A stretch of DNA of 64,000 nucleotides, from positions 186,001 through 250,000 of the forward strand of contig NW_019028981.1 in assembly GCF_002105155.1 (NCBI RefSeq). Direction: 5' to 3'. Positions 35,821 through 48,058 of the stretch are shown here, one piece after another (position 1 is the first letter of the stretch; the number at the start of each line of letters is the position of its first letter). Made by a program: the position numbers and the translations under genes. Source of the DNA: Lobosporangium transversale (Eukaryota). Under the pieces are notes generated by a model. It saw only the letters and a program-made list of their open reading frames with translations, was not told where the DNA came from and did not search any database.

Positions 35821-38687
35821 TCACAGACTCATACTTCTCAGTCGCACAGAATCTGTGACACCCATCCCCCATGCATTCTGATGGATCTTGAGCCCTTGTA
35901 GTACACTCGCGTCCTTGTTCTTCTTGCCTCCTGGTGCATGGAACCCTCGGAAGGTGTAGCCTGCAAATGCGAGCTTCTTACGCATATCCAACAACCGTCT
36001 CCCTTCATTCTTATTGCCCAAAAGCGGATCCCGTATCACCCGTTCCTCTCCTTCTGGTGCCGCCATTGGGTTATCATCCACCATCTCATCAAAATATCTA
36101 GTATCTGCTGGGTCCTTCAGCGCAGGCCTAAATGGTGGAGTCTGTGATCGGAGATTTGCCCAGTCAATGTCTTTGAACCAAGGATGAGCCTTAATCTCGG
36201 ATGCATCTCCGAGACCTTGGCTGTTGAGACTCTGATGCAAGAGTTGCTGTTGTTGCATCAAGTGAGGTGATACAGTTGACCAGCGTTTGGTGGCGTTATT
36301 ATTGACTGGAGGTGATCGGCCTAATCGGAATTCCTTCTCACAGATTAATTTTTCAATCAGATCCTGCACCTCACGTGAAACCTTGGGCTTGGCTGGAAAG
36401 CGTAGAGTTTGACGCCAATTAATGATCTTAAGGCGCGTCGTGTGCCGTGATTTGGATATGAATGGAGGATATCCGTACAACATTTCGAACATGATAACCT
36501 TTTGAAGGAAAAAAAAATAAATAAATAAAAAGATAATAGGCAGCTTGTCAGATCGAAGTTTCTTAGAGTTAAATGTAGATAAAACTAACATTTACATGGT
36601 TTCATGATATACAAATAAATAAATAAAATAAAATAAAATAAAAAAGCCAAGATGAACTTACTCCTAAACTCCACCAGTCACATCCACGGTCATAACCTGT
36701 GCCTCGAAGTACTTCAGGAGCCATATAATTATTTGTGCCTACAACTGAGAAAGCCATCTTCTTCCTGTTGCGATCACGCCAAGTTAAGATGCTTTGGTTA
36801 GGTGGTGGGCGACCTATTGACTGTGCATACTGATCGTCATCCAGATTCCATGCAACGGCGGCTTTGGTATTATTGTTTGGTTTCTTGCGTGATCTAAGAG
36901 TGTCAGTGTTCTCAATATCGATACCAGTCTTTCGGAGCAGAGCCCGTCTCTGAGACTCATAATAGGCTGTGTCATGTGCCCAGTGGAAATCTGTCGCGAG
37001 TCCAAAGTCGGATAGCTTGATGTGTCCCTCTTTATTGAATAAAAAGTTGTCGGGCTAATTGAGAAAAAAAAGGGGGTGTAAAAAGAGGGGGTCAGCACGT
37101 GTGTAGGAAAATGACGTATAATTTTTCTCTTTTTTTTTTACCTTGATATCTCGATGAATGTATCCCAATTTGTGAGCCTCTTCAATGCAAAGAACCATTT
37201 CTGCAACATAAAACTTTGCAAAGTCTTCTTCAAAGATATCTTTCTCGATCAATAAATTTAGCAAGTCACCTCCAGACATGTATTCCATCACCAAGTAAAG
37301 ATGGTCTGCGTCTTGGAACGAATAAATCAGCTTGACAATCCAAACTGCAGACTCTGAGGCCGCTGTCATGAGATCTCGCTCTGCTCGGACATGTCCCTCT
37401 TGACCCTTCTTGAGCATATCAGCCTTGCGCATGACCTTCATTGCAAAGTACAGGCCTGTGTCCTTCTCCTGAACTAACTTGACGACTCCAAAAGCACCAT
37501 GACCAATTGTCTTTAATATCAAGAACGAATTGACAGAAATCTTCTCACGCATCAGCCGCATGTACTCGGTCTCATTTGCCAGCCACTCCTGTCGCTTCAA
37601 CGCCTTTTCTGCCTCTGAGATCCCCATCGACTCGAGTTGTCGTTCTAGTTGCAGACGACGCCGTGAACGACTCGAGGGGTTAGTCAATAAACGATGGTAA
37701 TAACTCTCAAAAAAGATTTTGGTCGAAGATGATTGTTCCACAGTGGCCAAAGAGGGTACAGTGGATCGTTCGATTTCATCAAAATTGCCTGGATGCTTTA
37801 CATAGGCTTCGGATTCATCATTTTCAGCAATAATGAAGGTTGCATATGAGGCATCGCGCTGATGATGACCGCCACTACCACTGCCATTAATATCTGCTTC
37901 TGCGTTGATAAGTTTCGTATAAAAGGCAGGACCCTTGAGGGTTTCCGGAGGGGTAGTAAATGTGGCAGAATCTTCTTGTTTCACAAGGTCAAACTTGAGC
38001 TGCGAGACTTTTGGAGGAACTCGAAGAGGAAGAAACAAAACAAGAGAAGTGCCCAACGAGCACTTTCACGTTAGATAGGTGAATAGATAAAACCTTTCTT
38101 CTTTGGTTTATTCATTCATGACAAAAAATTTTTTATTTCTATTTTTTGGTCAGAGCCAATATTTATACACTTATTCACTTGCTTACCAGGTAATTTTCCA
38201 GCACTGGGATTTCGGATCCACTCCTTGAAGATCAACTCTGCTTCAGCTTCGGTTTCTGTGTGGATCAAATGCTCAAAGTTCTTGGGTTCTGAAATCATAT
38301 TCTTGGAGATACGCTTTTTTGTAGTCGGTGTAAACGTGAAAGTTTTACCTATTTTTTTTTTTTATTTTTTTTATTTTTATGTTAGCCACAAGGGGGAAAC
38401 GAACTATAAAAAAGAAAAAAGCGACTTTCACGCAACTCGACACTCACGCACATGCTCCCTTTCCCCCCCTCTTTTCACTTCTTTGTCTTGCTCTCTTCTC
38501 TATTCTTCCAGGTACTTTCATAAAAATGATATCATATAATACATTACAATAAGGACTCACCATTTTCTAAGAGGGCCAGAACATGGCTTGCAAACGTGCC
38601 GAAATTGATTTGTGACGGTTGCTGTTGCTGTTGACGCGGTGGGCTTCGCGCTGGTGGCGATTGAGGGTATCCAGCCGCCATTGCCAT
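35821..38687 (-). CDS. NDR/LATS-family (Cbk1-related) AGC Ser/Thr kinase with an N-terminal CRIB-like motif; about 5 exons
   Basis: Mob-binding-type N-terminal region (KIFFESYY..ETEYMRLMR), IGHGAFGVV, HVRAERD, HRDIKPDN, DFGLA, long activation-loop insert, AFSVVGTNNYMAPE, and C-terminal AFAGYTF. Confidence 0.9.
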
Positions 38688-40439
38688 TTTTTATTGTCTT
38701 CTTATTCGTCTTCGTGTTCAAGGATAAGGAGATAAAGGAATAAAGGGCTTATATTGATATTGCTGGTGCAATGACGATACGTTAATTAATAATATTTATA
38801 AAAAAAATAAATAAAAAAAAAAAAAAATGACGAGGGAGAACGCTCACGCAGGTGTAAATATGGGTGTAATGTGTATATCAAAGTAAAAGCGAAGCGTGAA
38901 TGAAGGACTTGGATAGGTCTGTCAATAAATGGAGATAAAAGTGGTGGCTACGGTGATGCGGGTGTAAAGGAAAGGAGGGATTTGGAGGAAGCATGCAAAA
39001 TGCTTTCAAATAGAAACGTTGAAGGCTGCGGCTGAAGGAGTAATATGACGAGCAAATAAAAAAATAAGGAAAGGAAGAAAGAGAAAAAAGGTGAGGAAAA
39101 GAAGGAAGGGATGAAAAATGAGAGGGGAGGCGATGAACTTTCAAAAAAATGTCTTTGCTTGACATCCCAGTCTGCAGTGTAATGCATTGCGCTGCGTGGT
39201 ATTGTAGTACCTGAATGTTTTACAACACACACCCTCCGAATACAATAGACGCTCGAATGACAGCAGCATCGCCCTCCGCCAACATGGGCGCTTTGACTTA
39301 TCTCACTCGTCAACGCACATAAAAAAGGGGCAAGGGATCCCCCGGACTTTTCACTCCTATTGAAGATGCATGGGCAGGAGCATGGTATGATCATCAATAG
39401 TGTTATTTAATAATCGAATATTGATACTTTACCAGCAGTCAACAGTTGTTTACATAAATTTTTTACAATATGCACTATAGGCAATTGAATGGCTCAGGAA
39501 TAGGGGTAAAAAAAGGAGTAAAGGGAACTCTCTTTTTTTTTTTGCGTTTGTCCCTGAAAACAACGAATACAGCACATTGCATACCTCATGGTTTACATCT
39601 GCTTCGCCGTGTGGGTTACAGTCGAACGACCTCTCATCATACGTAGAACACTTGTCCAAGTGCATCACTTACTGCAACTCGAACTTTGGGATAGGGCCTC
39701 AATCCAATCTTATTACCTGTCGCTGGTAGCCATCGCGCTGATAGGACATGACGCTTTGATCCAAGTCGAATCTATTGTCGAAAGCTGGATGGCAACTTTT
39801 TTTTTTTTTTTTTTTTTGGCTATATTCTTGATAGAAACTACAACCAACATGCCTGCTCTTTATTAGGGCTATTATTCTATCACTAACCTATGTTTCCACT
39901 TAAAAAAAAGACATGAATTCGCTAGTAAGAGATAGAGCATGCTCATTTGTTGTTACTATCGGCCATTATCATTGTCTGTATGTGATATACACACTTGTCC
40001 TGGTGACCTCCATGGCCCCCCTTTTCCTACTGCTCTTCTTTCAGAGGTGGCTCTCGACTGTCTCTATTTGTCAGCATTACTTTGAATCCTAAACGCAGCG
40101 AAAAAAAAATAATTTCCCGCCTTTTTTATCCACTGCTTTCATTTCAAGAAAACAGTAAATCCAACAGTAATGCTTTAACCCTGGTTAGACCTGATCTCTC
40201 TCTCTTTTTTTGTATGTGTGTTGAATGGTGATAAAAAACAAAAGGAAGTGATAGGTCTGCTGATCCCTCTCCATCAACCGATTAATTCGTTTACCCATCT
40301 ATCCATTTATCCTTCCTTTCATTCACATATTCATATATAATTGTCCTTATTTCATAACTCAGTCATTATACTATTACTGTTTCTATTTATTATATATATA
40401 TTATGATTTATTACTAATAGAGCCATAATTGTCACATTT

Positions 40440-40844
40440 TCATTCAATATCAAATGAAACAATTAATCCATCGTCCTGTATCCTATCCTCACCAGCCATA
40501 TCAGACAACTTGACCCCGGACTGTTCTGCTATCGAGCGCAATTGTGTTTCTGAAATGAATTTAATATCGACTCGACGGGAATGAATTTTGTCTTCCTTGG
40601 GTAAACGAATAGGCCCTCGAATTGAGCGTGCTGGGACGGTTGCATGGATAACATCCATGAGTCGCTGAAATACTGCATTCAATGTGGCCGTGCTTTGTGA
40701 CCGAATTGTAATGGAGAAGTCTGCTTTTGCTACGCTTAATGATGTCTCGTGGTTGCTGTTCACTTCTTTTGGTGTTGCGTCTGTTGTTACTCCTGTTGTT
40801 GTTACTGTTGGACTAGCAGTAATGGATTTCGTTCCTTCTGTCAT
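40440..40844 (-). CDS. Small intronless protein with a ribosomal uS10-like fold lacking the extended loop
   Basis: FSITIRSQSTATLNAVFQRL..SIRGPIRLP..KIHSRRVDI..LRSI matches the uS10 elements IRITLTS, KGPVRMP and RIHKRLIDL. Confidence 0.6.
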   Translation of the reverse strand: MTEGTKSITASPTVTTTGVTTDATPKEVNSNHETSLSVAKADFSITIRSQSTATLNAVFQRLMDVIHATVPARSIRGPIRLPKEDKIHSRRVDIKFISETQLRSIAEQSGVKLSDMAGEDRIQDDGLIVSFDIE

Positions 40845-41139
40845 GATATTTTCTTTTTCAGATGACAAATTCCTTTTACTTTTTTTTTTAATTTCTTCTT
40901 TGATGTTTATTACTTTTGAAGTTAATGAGTAAGGCATGCAAGAATGTTCCTGTAGCCATTTATCACCTGATCTTGGCACAGCACTTTATAAGACAACAAA
41001 TTTGGTGGCAAGATTATCGTGGCTTTTTACTACAATAAACAACCTTTTTCTTTTTTTTTTTGCCCTGAACATAGCGGGAGATATACAACTCACCTCGATA
41101 GCGGAAGGCAACATCGTTAACTTTGACGAACAGTAGGCA

Positions 41140-42793
41140 ATGGCAACAGTAGGAAGCTCATCAGGGAACTTTGTCTTTATGTTGACTCACTCGATCAGAT
41201 CATCTTATGCAATCAAGACACCATGTCGCAGCCTGATCTCCTCACAACCACTCTCTCATACCGCCTATAATACAACTACCCAATGTAGCCAAAATCATGG
41301 TTTCCACACAAAAGCTTTTCTCAAGGGCAAAAAACATTTTGGACTAAATCTCTCTCTCCCACTATCATCCAAATACTCATCCTCATCCTCACCCTCACCA
41401 ACTTCGTTACCTTTATCCACTACAACATGTTCATATCCCAGATCTACTTTCTGTCCAACATTTCCGGCGACGGTAGTAATACCTAGAAATTGTCAACACC
41501 AATACAGGGTCTTCAGCAGTAGTAGTGGAGCAAATGGTATCAATAGTAATAGGAAAAAGGGTCAAGATTCTGATCCCAGTAAAATTTATGCATCGTTTTC
41601 TGCAGGAGGCTCAGGATTTGATGCACCTAAAATTCTGACATCAACGCCACCATCAAAAACATCAACATTAGCATCAGCATCACCAGCAGCAGCACCATTA
41701 CCATCACCGCCAGCATCATCATCAGAGGCAGGTTCTGATACCACCAAATCCTCATCGGTTACAATCTCAGCAAGAGTATGGGATGTTATCAAGGATGATT
41801 CCTCAAATGTGGAGAACAGTCAGTCTAACATTCAATCGAACCTAAAAAAACTGGAAGCCATCACAAGAGGTGAGTTGGAGGCAGCTTGCTTTTCTTGTCT
41901 AGTTTCTCTCCCTCATTATTTCAGTAGAATAAAAAGAAAAAAAAAAAAAAAAAAAAAAAAGAGGAAGAACGCGAAATTTCATAGATTGATGACTGATCAA
42001 CTTCTTATTGATATCTTGTCTTTCTCTCTCTCTTTTTTTTCTTTTTCTATTCTCTTGCTTTCTTTTTTTCTTGGGAATAAAAACAGTAACAAAAAAGAAA
42101 CAAGCCTATTCCCCTTATCTACTTATTACACACCTTCCCTCTACAGTCATGCCAGATGATATTAAACGCATGGCAGTTGCAGAAAACACGATTGCAGATA
42201 TTATTTACCATCGTAATATGTTTATGGAGTTTCAGAACCGAGTGACTGTCGTATTCCGCTCTGCTACAGACGCTGTTGAATTCATTACACAAAAATATGG
42301 CAAGTTTCTCTGTGGGCATAAACTTAATATGACGATGGTAAGCCCCTTTTCTTATTAGAATATGACATTACCATTGCAAAGATACTAAAATGGAAACCTT
42401 TTTGTTATTTTGTGTAAAAACTATGTGGCCATGTACTCGTGACGATGATACAATTAATAGCTTGACCCATATAACCCAAAGGATAAACACTATATTCCTC
42501 CACAACTTCCAACACAACCACTTTCAGGCCAGTTAGTCCTCGTATCAGGTCTGCCGGCTGCAACGCGACCTGACAACCTACGAACAGAGTTCCGCCGGTT
42601 TCATCTGATGGATACTACAGAGGCAGCACTCATCCCTGTACCCTCTAAACGGATGGCATCCACATGCCAGTATCTGGTCCGACTCTCTAGCCGGTCAGAA
42701 GCTTACCGATTTGTGAGGACATACCATAATACACATTTTCAGTTCAAGGAATTTAGAAGACGATGCCTCCTCCGTGCCACTGTCATTTATTGA
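41140..42793 (+). CDS. Uncharacterised probable mitochondrial protein with two degenerate RRM-like domains; 3 exons
   Basis: Basic, Ser-rich, acid-poor N-terminus. Domains YLLITHLPSTVMPDDIKR..VTVVFRSATDAVEFI and LVLVSGLPAATRPDNLR..YLVRLSSRSEAYRFVR. Clean GT-AG introns. Confidence 0.6.
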
Positions 42794-42893
42794 TATTTCT
42801 GTGTATATTATGTGTTATCTAGATCACAAAGACAAGTGAAATTAAAAATAAAATTAAAAGTAAAATTAAAAATAAAATTAAAAAATAGAAAAC

Positions 42894-42924
<31 letters not shown>

Positions 42925-43362
42925 GGCACGATGAGGAATAGGAGGTTAGAGATGAATGGTATATGGGCTCTTAAACAACATGGGACATGCGAAAAGATAT
43001 AAAGAAACATAGAAAGAATAATTGATTCCATTAATGTGATAATGTGTATAAACAATAAGATATGGAGGGGCTAGGGAATCAAGAATTTATTTTTCTCCAT
43101 GACTTGAAAGAAAAATAAAATAAAATAAAAAATAAATATAATACGTATAAAAAAAGGGTGAAATAAAAAATGAAGGGGGTGTCATGCTACAACACTATAT
43201 CGCGTCATTTCAAGTTTTGATTCGAACAAGAGACAGAGAGAGAAAAAAGGAATGTAATCGAATCTGAACAGGAGAACCAAGAAGGAGAGCTTTAAAATAA
43301 GTAACTCGACCTAATAATAACAGTTGCTCATGGGCTAAGCGTATAGATAATAATAAAGGGGG

Positions 43363-43393
<31 letters not shown>

Positions 43394-43806
43394 CGAGGTT
43401 GAGACGGATATTACTTTTTGTTATTTTTTATGAGCCTATGTTCTACGATTGGGAACGCGTATTAGGAAAGGGAAACAATGTTTACGTTGCTGCATGGAAG
43501 CTGATCTTTAAACAATATTCCATCATTCGTTCAATTCTGTCACACATGGTGTATGGGGTGTACGGAAAAAAAAAAAGAAAAAAAAAGAGAGAGAGAGAGA
43601 TATAAAAACATAACCTCATTGCTTGTTGTTTGGCCTCTTTTTCTTTTATTTTCTTTTTCTCAACTTGGATCAAATCCTTAGCATCAAACTTGACTTTGGA
43701 CCTTCCTTCTTCCCTCAGTCTAACAAGAAAAAAAGAAGACCCCACTATCTTTATCACCTCACACTCCTGCTTTATTTCATTCCCACACGAGTATTACTCC
43801 CTAATC

Positions 43807-44495
43807 ATGAAGATTACTACCACTTCTCTCGTTGTTGCCGCCGGATTGGCAACATTTGTGAACGCAGACCTGCTTCAGGTAAAAAAAAAAAAAAAAAAAA
43901 AAAAAAGTAGACAGTATCTTTTTTCTTATTAGCATCATGATATTAACCTTATAATTTCAATATTCAATCATCTTTGCTGTGCGTTCTTGATCTCTACTTC
44001 CTCTTCCAGATCAACAACCCGACTGCAGGAACGGTCTGGACAGCAGGTGTGCCCAATTTCGTGAGCTGGAGCGGTAACTGTGCTTCGATGGGTGGAGCTG
44101 CTAAGAACGTGACCGTGATCTTAAACACTGGCCCTTCGGAAGCGGTTCGATATGTGGCCACGCTTGGTAGCTTGGACTGTTCAGGAACGATTACTCGTAC
44201 GGATTTAACGGTACCCTTGGATATTCCTTCAGGTTCTTACTCCATCGTGGTCCGGACTGATCCCCAGTTGAGCTACACGAACATATTCAAAATTAATAAC
44301 CCTTCCAGTCCTGAAGAGGCAGATCCTGGGGTTAATGTCGCTAGTGCCGATGCTACTGCTGCAGGTGACAGCACTCCTTCGCATCCCGAAAATTCGACAA
44401 AGAATATTGCTACAGGAGGCAAGACAAACGCTGGTGCTTTCATGTTAATGAGCTTGAGCGCACTTGCTACTGCAACTTGTCATTTTTTGATGTAG
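43807..44495 (+). CDS. Secreted Ser/Thr-rich GPI-anchored cell-surface protein (Kre9/Knh1 N-terminal-like domain); intron 43879-44009
   Basis: Signal peptide, INNPTAGTVWTAG..VSW..YSIVV..SYTNIFKI domain, and a hydrophobic C-terminal GPI signal. Confidence 0.8.
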
Positions 44496-44918
44496 AGAGT
44501 GAAGAGAGTAAAAAAAAAATGGACAGGAGATGCAAGATAAAGATATAAGATATAAGTTTTGACTTTAACCCTAATATAATAAATAATATCCCTTAACTAA
44601 AATGATTTATTATTTCATGCTGAATTTGCTCAGCTCTTGAAGCTGACATTCCTCCGTTGGAAAGCTCTGCATTCTAGCCATTGTGCAAAATTGGAGAAAA
44701 TTGAGCATTGGTCCCTGCATCGCCACACACATGGCACATTGTCCAACGTCCCTGTCTTCTAAGGCCAATGGCTTCTTTTGTTTCCTTTCATTAGCATCCT
44801 CATTCCATTCACCACACCAACTCATCACACAGCAGCAGCAACGTATGCGACACTGCACACATACTATTACCGCCGTTTCTACTTTTCACTTTTTCTTACA
44901 ACTAAAAAAAATAAATAC

Positions 44919-47183
44919 ATGGTATCTTTAGCGAAAACAAAGACTAAACGACCAGTCACTGACGATGATATGCAACGCGTCCTTCAAAAACCATTGCCCA
45001 TTCTTCCTCTTGAAATCATCGAATATATCTTACTGCTTACAGGACAGGCATCTCTTCGTTTGGTAATTCCTTTAGTATGTCATGAATGGCGTATTATTGC
45101 CCATTCACTTCTCCAACGAACAGTTCGTCTCTCAGTCATCCATCTTTATCTTGAACTGATAACACGAAGTAAATCACAAGGCAAGAAATCAAAAACTCAA
45201 CAACGACAACAACAACAACAGCAGGAGCGAAACCAGCTACTACAACGCCAAGAGATTAATTCTTCAACAGAACTTGCACTGAAGCAGCAGTTGACCCATA
45301 ACCTGCGACTGGCCCATATTGTCGAATACAAAACAGGACTGATCCCCAATTTCTATATTAAGCGACTAGCAAAGCATCATGAAGAGATAGTTTGGTCCAT
45401 CCTTGAGTATGCTTTGACCTCACTTTTCAACAATCACCCCAATGACATTAAGGTCCGTCAATTGATCCTTGGTATCGACCGGGATCCGTATATCTGGAGC
45501 CGTTTACAACCGCTGCTCAAGCTTGTAGGCTATAGACTCTTTAGCCTGTGGCTGTACAAAATCCCAGAGGACACTACTTTGTCGATCGTCTCGATCATAG
45601 AACTTTGTCCAAATCTTAAAATACTTTACGTTGCATCCCGGCCAAATGAGTCTGCTGATAGGGTATCCAAACTAGAAGAGACTAGCAAGTCTTCTTCTTT
45701 CAACTCGCAACGTTCTTGTCTTCTTCAATCAATCACATTCGACAGCATGGCTTTAACACAGACAGCTATAGAAGCACTAGTAGAGAAATGCCCAGACTTG
45801 ACAGAACTTCGAATTGTGCGTTGTCGACCCTTAATCCCTAGAAGACCAGTAGTTTACAACACCCGTCCTCCCTTCGTCCCTCCAGTCCTTGAGAACTGTC
45901 CAGGCAACTTTTTATTCCATAAAGAGAAAAGGGAGCAGTTCTTTTGCCATCTGGCTCTGCATTGTCCAAAACTCACGAGCCTTCATATCTCTGAGGATCC
46001 AGGTGGGAGCCAGTATGAAGAATTGGCGCCAATAGGTCAATTCCCCTTAGTGGAGTCTTGGGGCTTTTCAACATTAATGTTAAAAATGCCATCCCTATCC
46101 TCCAGGGTGCTTCTGGACCTGCATCGGATAGAGAACCGACTGACGAGTGTTGAGATTATATTAGCCCGCCGTGGAAGTCAACAGCTGTGCGGGCATGATA
46201 CCGGTCATTGGATTCATCAATTGCTCCACCAATGCCCCTTACTTGAGCATTTTAAGGCACCAGATGTAAACTTGCCTTTACATCCTTTCTATGTGACCAA
46301 TGAGTTATCAATGAAGCCTCATCAGTGCAGTATTCCTGGTTCTGACAATGTTTCGCTTCCTATTGCTCGAAAGGTATGGGCATGTCGGAGACTCAAGACA
46401 CTGCACATCATGGCACGAGATTCCTACAACTCAGGGATGACAGATCAGGTTGAACAAACCCTAGTCCTTTATGGCTATATCAGTCGGGTCTGTCCAAACC
46501 TTGAGGATCTATCCATCAAAAGGAACCATATGATGTCGCGCTTTCGGTTCCCTGTCAGTTTGTGTTTGTTATCTCGTCTGAAACGGTTGCGGAGGCTACA
46601 GTTTGTATGCCCTTGCGATCTACGTATACAAGACTTTGACTGGATTAAACAACATTATTACTATGACACGATGGAGCAAGAAAGATATAAACTAGCCCTA
46701 AAATTACAGGAACTTCGACAGCAATCTCGCTTCATCAGGTTTGTGAAGAGACAATGGGGTTTATCGCAGATTAAGAAGACCCCATTCGATATTAACAAAA
46801 GTACTAGTTTGGCAGAACAGAGTGTTGGAGTCTTTTCAGCAGAGGAAGAGGCCATTGCAGATAGAGAAGAGAATGGATATAGACAGGAAGGAGAAGAGGA
46901 GAGGGAGGAAGAGGGTAGGAGAGTGTTAATTGATGACGTGGACGTAACATATCTTGGTCTACGGCAGGATGTAATCAATTATTTCAAGTATCGACGTAAC
47001 CATCGAGACGAACCTCTATGGCCAGACATGGAGACTGTCACTATTCGGTTTGCTGTTGAGCGTCGCGACCTATACGCTAATTTCAAAGCTTCTATGCAGC
47101 ATTTCCGGCAAACAATCCATAAGCTTCGACCTGAAATCGAGGTCATCGTCGTTGCGACGAAATGGAACGATCTTACTCTATGA
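44919..47183 (+). CDS. F-box / RNI-like leucine-rich-repeat protein, intronless
   Basis: F-box LPLEIIEYIL..LVCHEW; repeats CPNLKIL, CPDLTEL, CPKLTSL, CPLLEHF, WACRRLKTL and CPNLEDL. Confidence 0.8.
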   Translation: MVSLAKTKTKRPVTDDDMQRVLQKPLPILPLEIIEYILLLTGQASLRLVIPLVCHEWRIIAHSLLQRTVRLSVIHLYLELITRSKSQGKKSKTQQRQQQQQQERNQLLQRQEINSSTELALKQQLTHNLRLAHIVEYKTGLIPNFYIKRLAKHHEEIVWSILEYALTSLFNNHPNDIKVRQLILGIDRDPYIWSRLQPLLKLVGYRLFSLWLYKIPEDTTLSIVSIIELCPNLKILYVASRPNESADRVSKLEETSKSSSFNSQRSCLLQSITFDSMALTQTAIEALVEKCPDLTELRIVRCRPLIPRRPVVYNTRPPFVPPVLENCPGNFLFHKEKREQFFCHLALHCPKLTSLHISEDPGGSQYEELAPIGQFPLVESWGFSTLMLKMPSLSSRVLLDLHRIENRLTSVEIILARRGSQQLCGHDTGHWIHQLLHQCPLLEHFKAPDVNLPLHPFYVTNELSMKPHQCSIPGSDNVSLPIARKVWACRRLKTLHIMARDSYNSGMTDQVEQTLVLYGYISRVCPNLEDLSIKRNHMMSRFRFPVSLCLLSRLKRLRRLQFVCPCDLRIQDFDWIKQHYYYDTMEQERYKLALKLQELRQQSRFIRFVKRQWGLSQIKKTPFDINKSTSLAEQSVGVFSAEEEAIADREENGYRQEGEEEREEEGRRVLIDDVDVTYLGLRQDVINYFKYRRNHRDEPLWPDMETVTIRFAVERRDLYANFKASMQHFRQTIHKLRPEIEVIVVATKWNDLTL

Positions 47184-47900
47184 GAAGGAAAGGGAGAAGC
47201 AAGCCATACTCGTTTACTTTTAGCTGTAATACAAGATTGTAAAAAAATAACATAAAATAAAAATGCAATGTCTAGGATAATGTTATGAGAGAGAATTTTT
47301 TTTTTTTTTTTACGACTCTTCTGAAGGGTTTGCGCCTGGAGAACTTAGATGGTATCTGTTGAGGACCAAAATTTCATTCATGGCTTTTATGGTGGTTGTC
47401 TCTCGTACTGTGGTATCTACAAGATGCTTTTGATCGACCGTAATATGTTTAAAAAAATGCTGGAGTGATGTTTGAACACTGACACTGACATTGCTTACGA
47501 AGGCGACCAAGCTGTGTCCTCTAACAGCCGCATCTAGGAAAGTAACCTTTCCAATAATTTCATTTATTCCAGATTCTGTCACTATAGGTTTGTTCTACGA
47601 TTGTTAGTGCCGTAAAGCCAGTATATCGTAGCCAAGACACTCAAGAGAGCCATGGAAATAGAATTACTATTGGTCGAGGCTATTGTGTCCATTGTAGCCC
47701 TCCCAGTTACCAACTTCATGAATGAATATCTCAGCATATTTAACTTAATAATAGATTGTGGCAAAGAAAGTAGTAAAGGACAATAGTCTTTAATTTATCA
47801 TAATGTCATCTTTCATAGAAAGCATTGAGGACTCTAGCGATCGTAATGTCATAGCTGTTTTTGTTTTATGTTATATTATCTATTCAATGTATCATGATAA

Positions 47901-47940
<40 letters not shown>

Positions 47941-48058
47941 TTTACGGAAAATAAACTGGAATAACAGATGTATTAATTAATTTTGTGTATCTGCTAAGGC
48001 AACAACAGCCTTTGGTTTCAATGGAATTGTCCACCGGTCTTGCCATTTTTGATCCAGT

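Noticed and set aside
47310..47764. Two abutting minus-strand ORFs (90 and 60 aa) between the F-box and Num1-like genes
   Set aside because: Non-ATG starts and no recognisable domain; cannot be supported as a gene or pseudogene.
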